Assembly: GCA_016618085.1 (NCBI GenBank) | Contig: JABLTG010000130.1 | Span: 1 to 60,170 of the forward strand | Source: Neovahlkampfia damariscottae | Taxonomy: Eukaryota | Length of the DNA: 60,170 nt | Reading direction: 5' to 3' | Notes under the pieces: generated by a model | What the model was told of the DNA's origin: nothing | The model's database searches: none | Seen by the model: the letters and a program-made list of their open reading frames with translations, nothing else | Part shown: positions 59,870 to 60,170 of the stretch, piece by piece | How the letters are laid out: each line of letters opens with the position of its first letter | How positions within the stretch are numbered: position 1 is the stretch's first letter | Position numbers and translations under genes: made by a program

Positions 59870-60057
59870 TTTTTTTTACCTGGAAGAATATCAAATCTCA
59901 TGTAACGTATTTACTGAATCGGAATATTTGATTTTTCCGTTACAAAGTGACCATTCGGAATCGTTTGTGAACTATATATAGATTTTCTAAATTCTGAAAA
60001 ATTATAAATGGATGGAAAAATCAGAAAAGACGCCAAGAAAACAAATAGAGCAGGCTG

Positions 60058-60170
60058 ATGAGCAATAATGATCAATGCAATGAAAAATATATCACCAGTA
60101 AAAAAATCAGAGAACAGTACGGAGTTTGTAATTCAACACTCAAACGATGGGCAAATGAAGGAAAAATTAG
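60058..60170 (+). mobile_element. N-terminus of an IS607-type TnpA serine resolvase (MerR-like HTH), truncated by the window end
   Basis: MSNNDQCNEKYITSKKIREQYGVCNSTLKRWANEGKI fits the Y...GV...TLRRW...GKI MerR-type HTH that starts IS607 TnpA. Not in the ORF track. Confidence 0.75.

Noticed and set aside
1..60170. Bacterial or giant-virus origin of the whole window, suggested by TnpB/TnpA and MurQ-like genes
   Set aside because: Dense spliceosomal introns, core nuclear genes and eukaryotic-type 5S rRNA show it is a eukaryotic chromosome segment.

Overview
Very AT-rich, gene-dense eukaryotic (protist-like) nuclear DNA in the standard genetic code. It holds about 37 protein genes broken by tiny (~27-55 nt) GT-AG introns, with very short intergenic spacers and an ATTGG/CCAAT element just upstream of most start codons. 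The taxon cannot be assigned from this window (a heterolobosean-like amoeba is only a guess). Most genes are housekeeping: cyclophilin, kinesin-12, MED31, importin-beta, ESF1, condensin II G2, cullin, FPGS, nicalin, RRP36, plus two identical 5S rRNA genes. The main signals are not in the ORF track. The window opens inside the C-terminus of a TnpB/Fanzor RNA-guided nuclease (CKYC...RDYNGARNI) followed by a structured, omegaRNA-like tail. It closes in the N-terminal HTH of an IS607-type TnpA resolvase just downstream of a 5S gene, so IS607/Fanzor2-like elements bracket the window. A second candidate system is a tight cluster of a GKRP/MurQ-family protein retaining both MurQ catalytic glutamate motifs, an NAGK/MurK-family sugar kinase and a divergent DMT transporter, which may salvage peptidoglycan sugar (MurNAc) in a bacterivore. 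Other oddities are two PH-SAM-PPPDE-like peptidase paralogs, a RasGAP-Sec14-RhoGAP fusion whose RhoGAP lacks the arginine finger, 6- and 9-nt microexons, and a secreted His/Arg/Lys-rich protein. Exon boundaries were placed by eye and all family calls come from motif recognition, not database searches.
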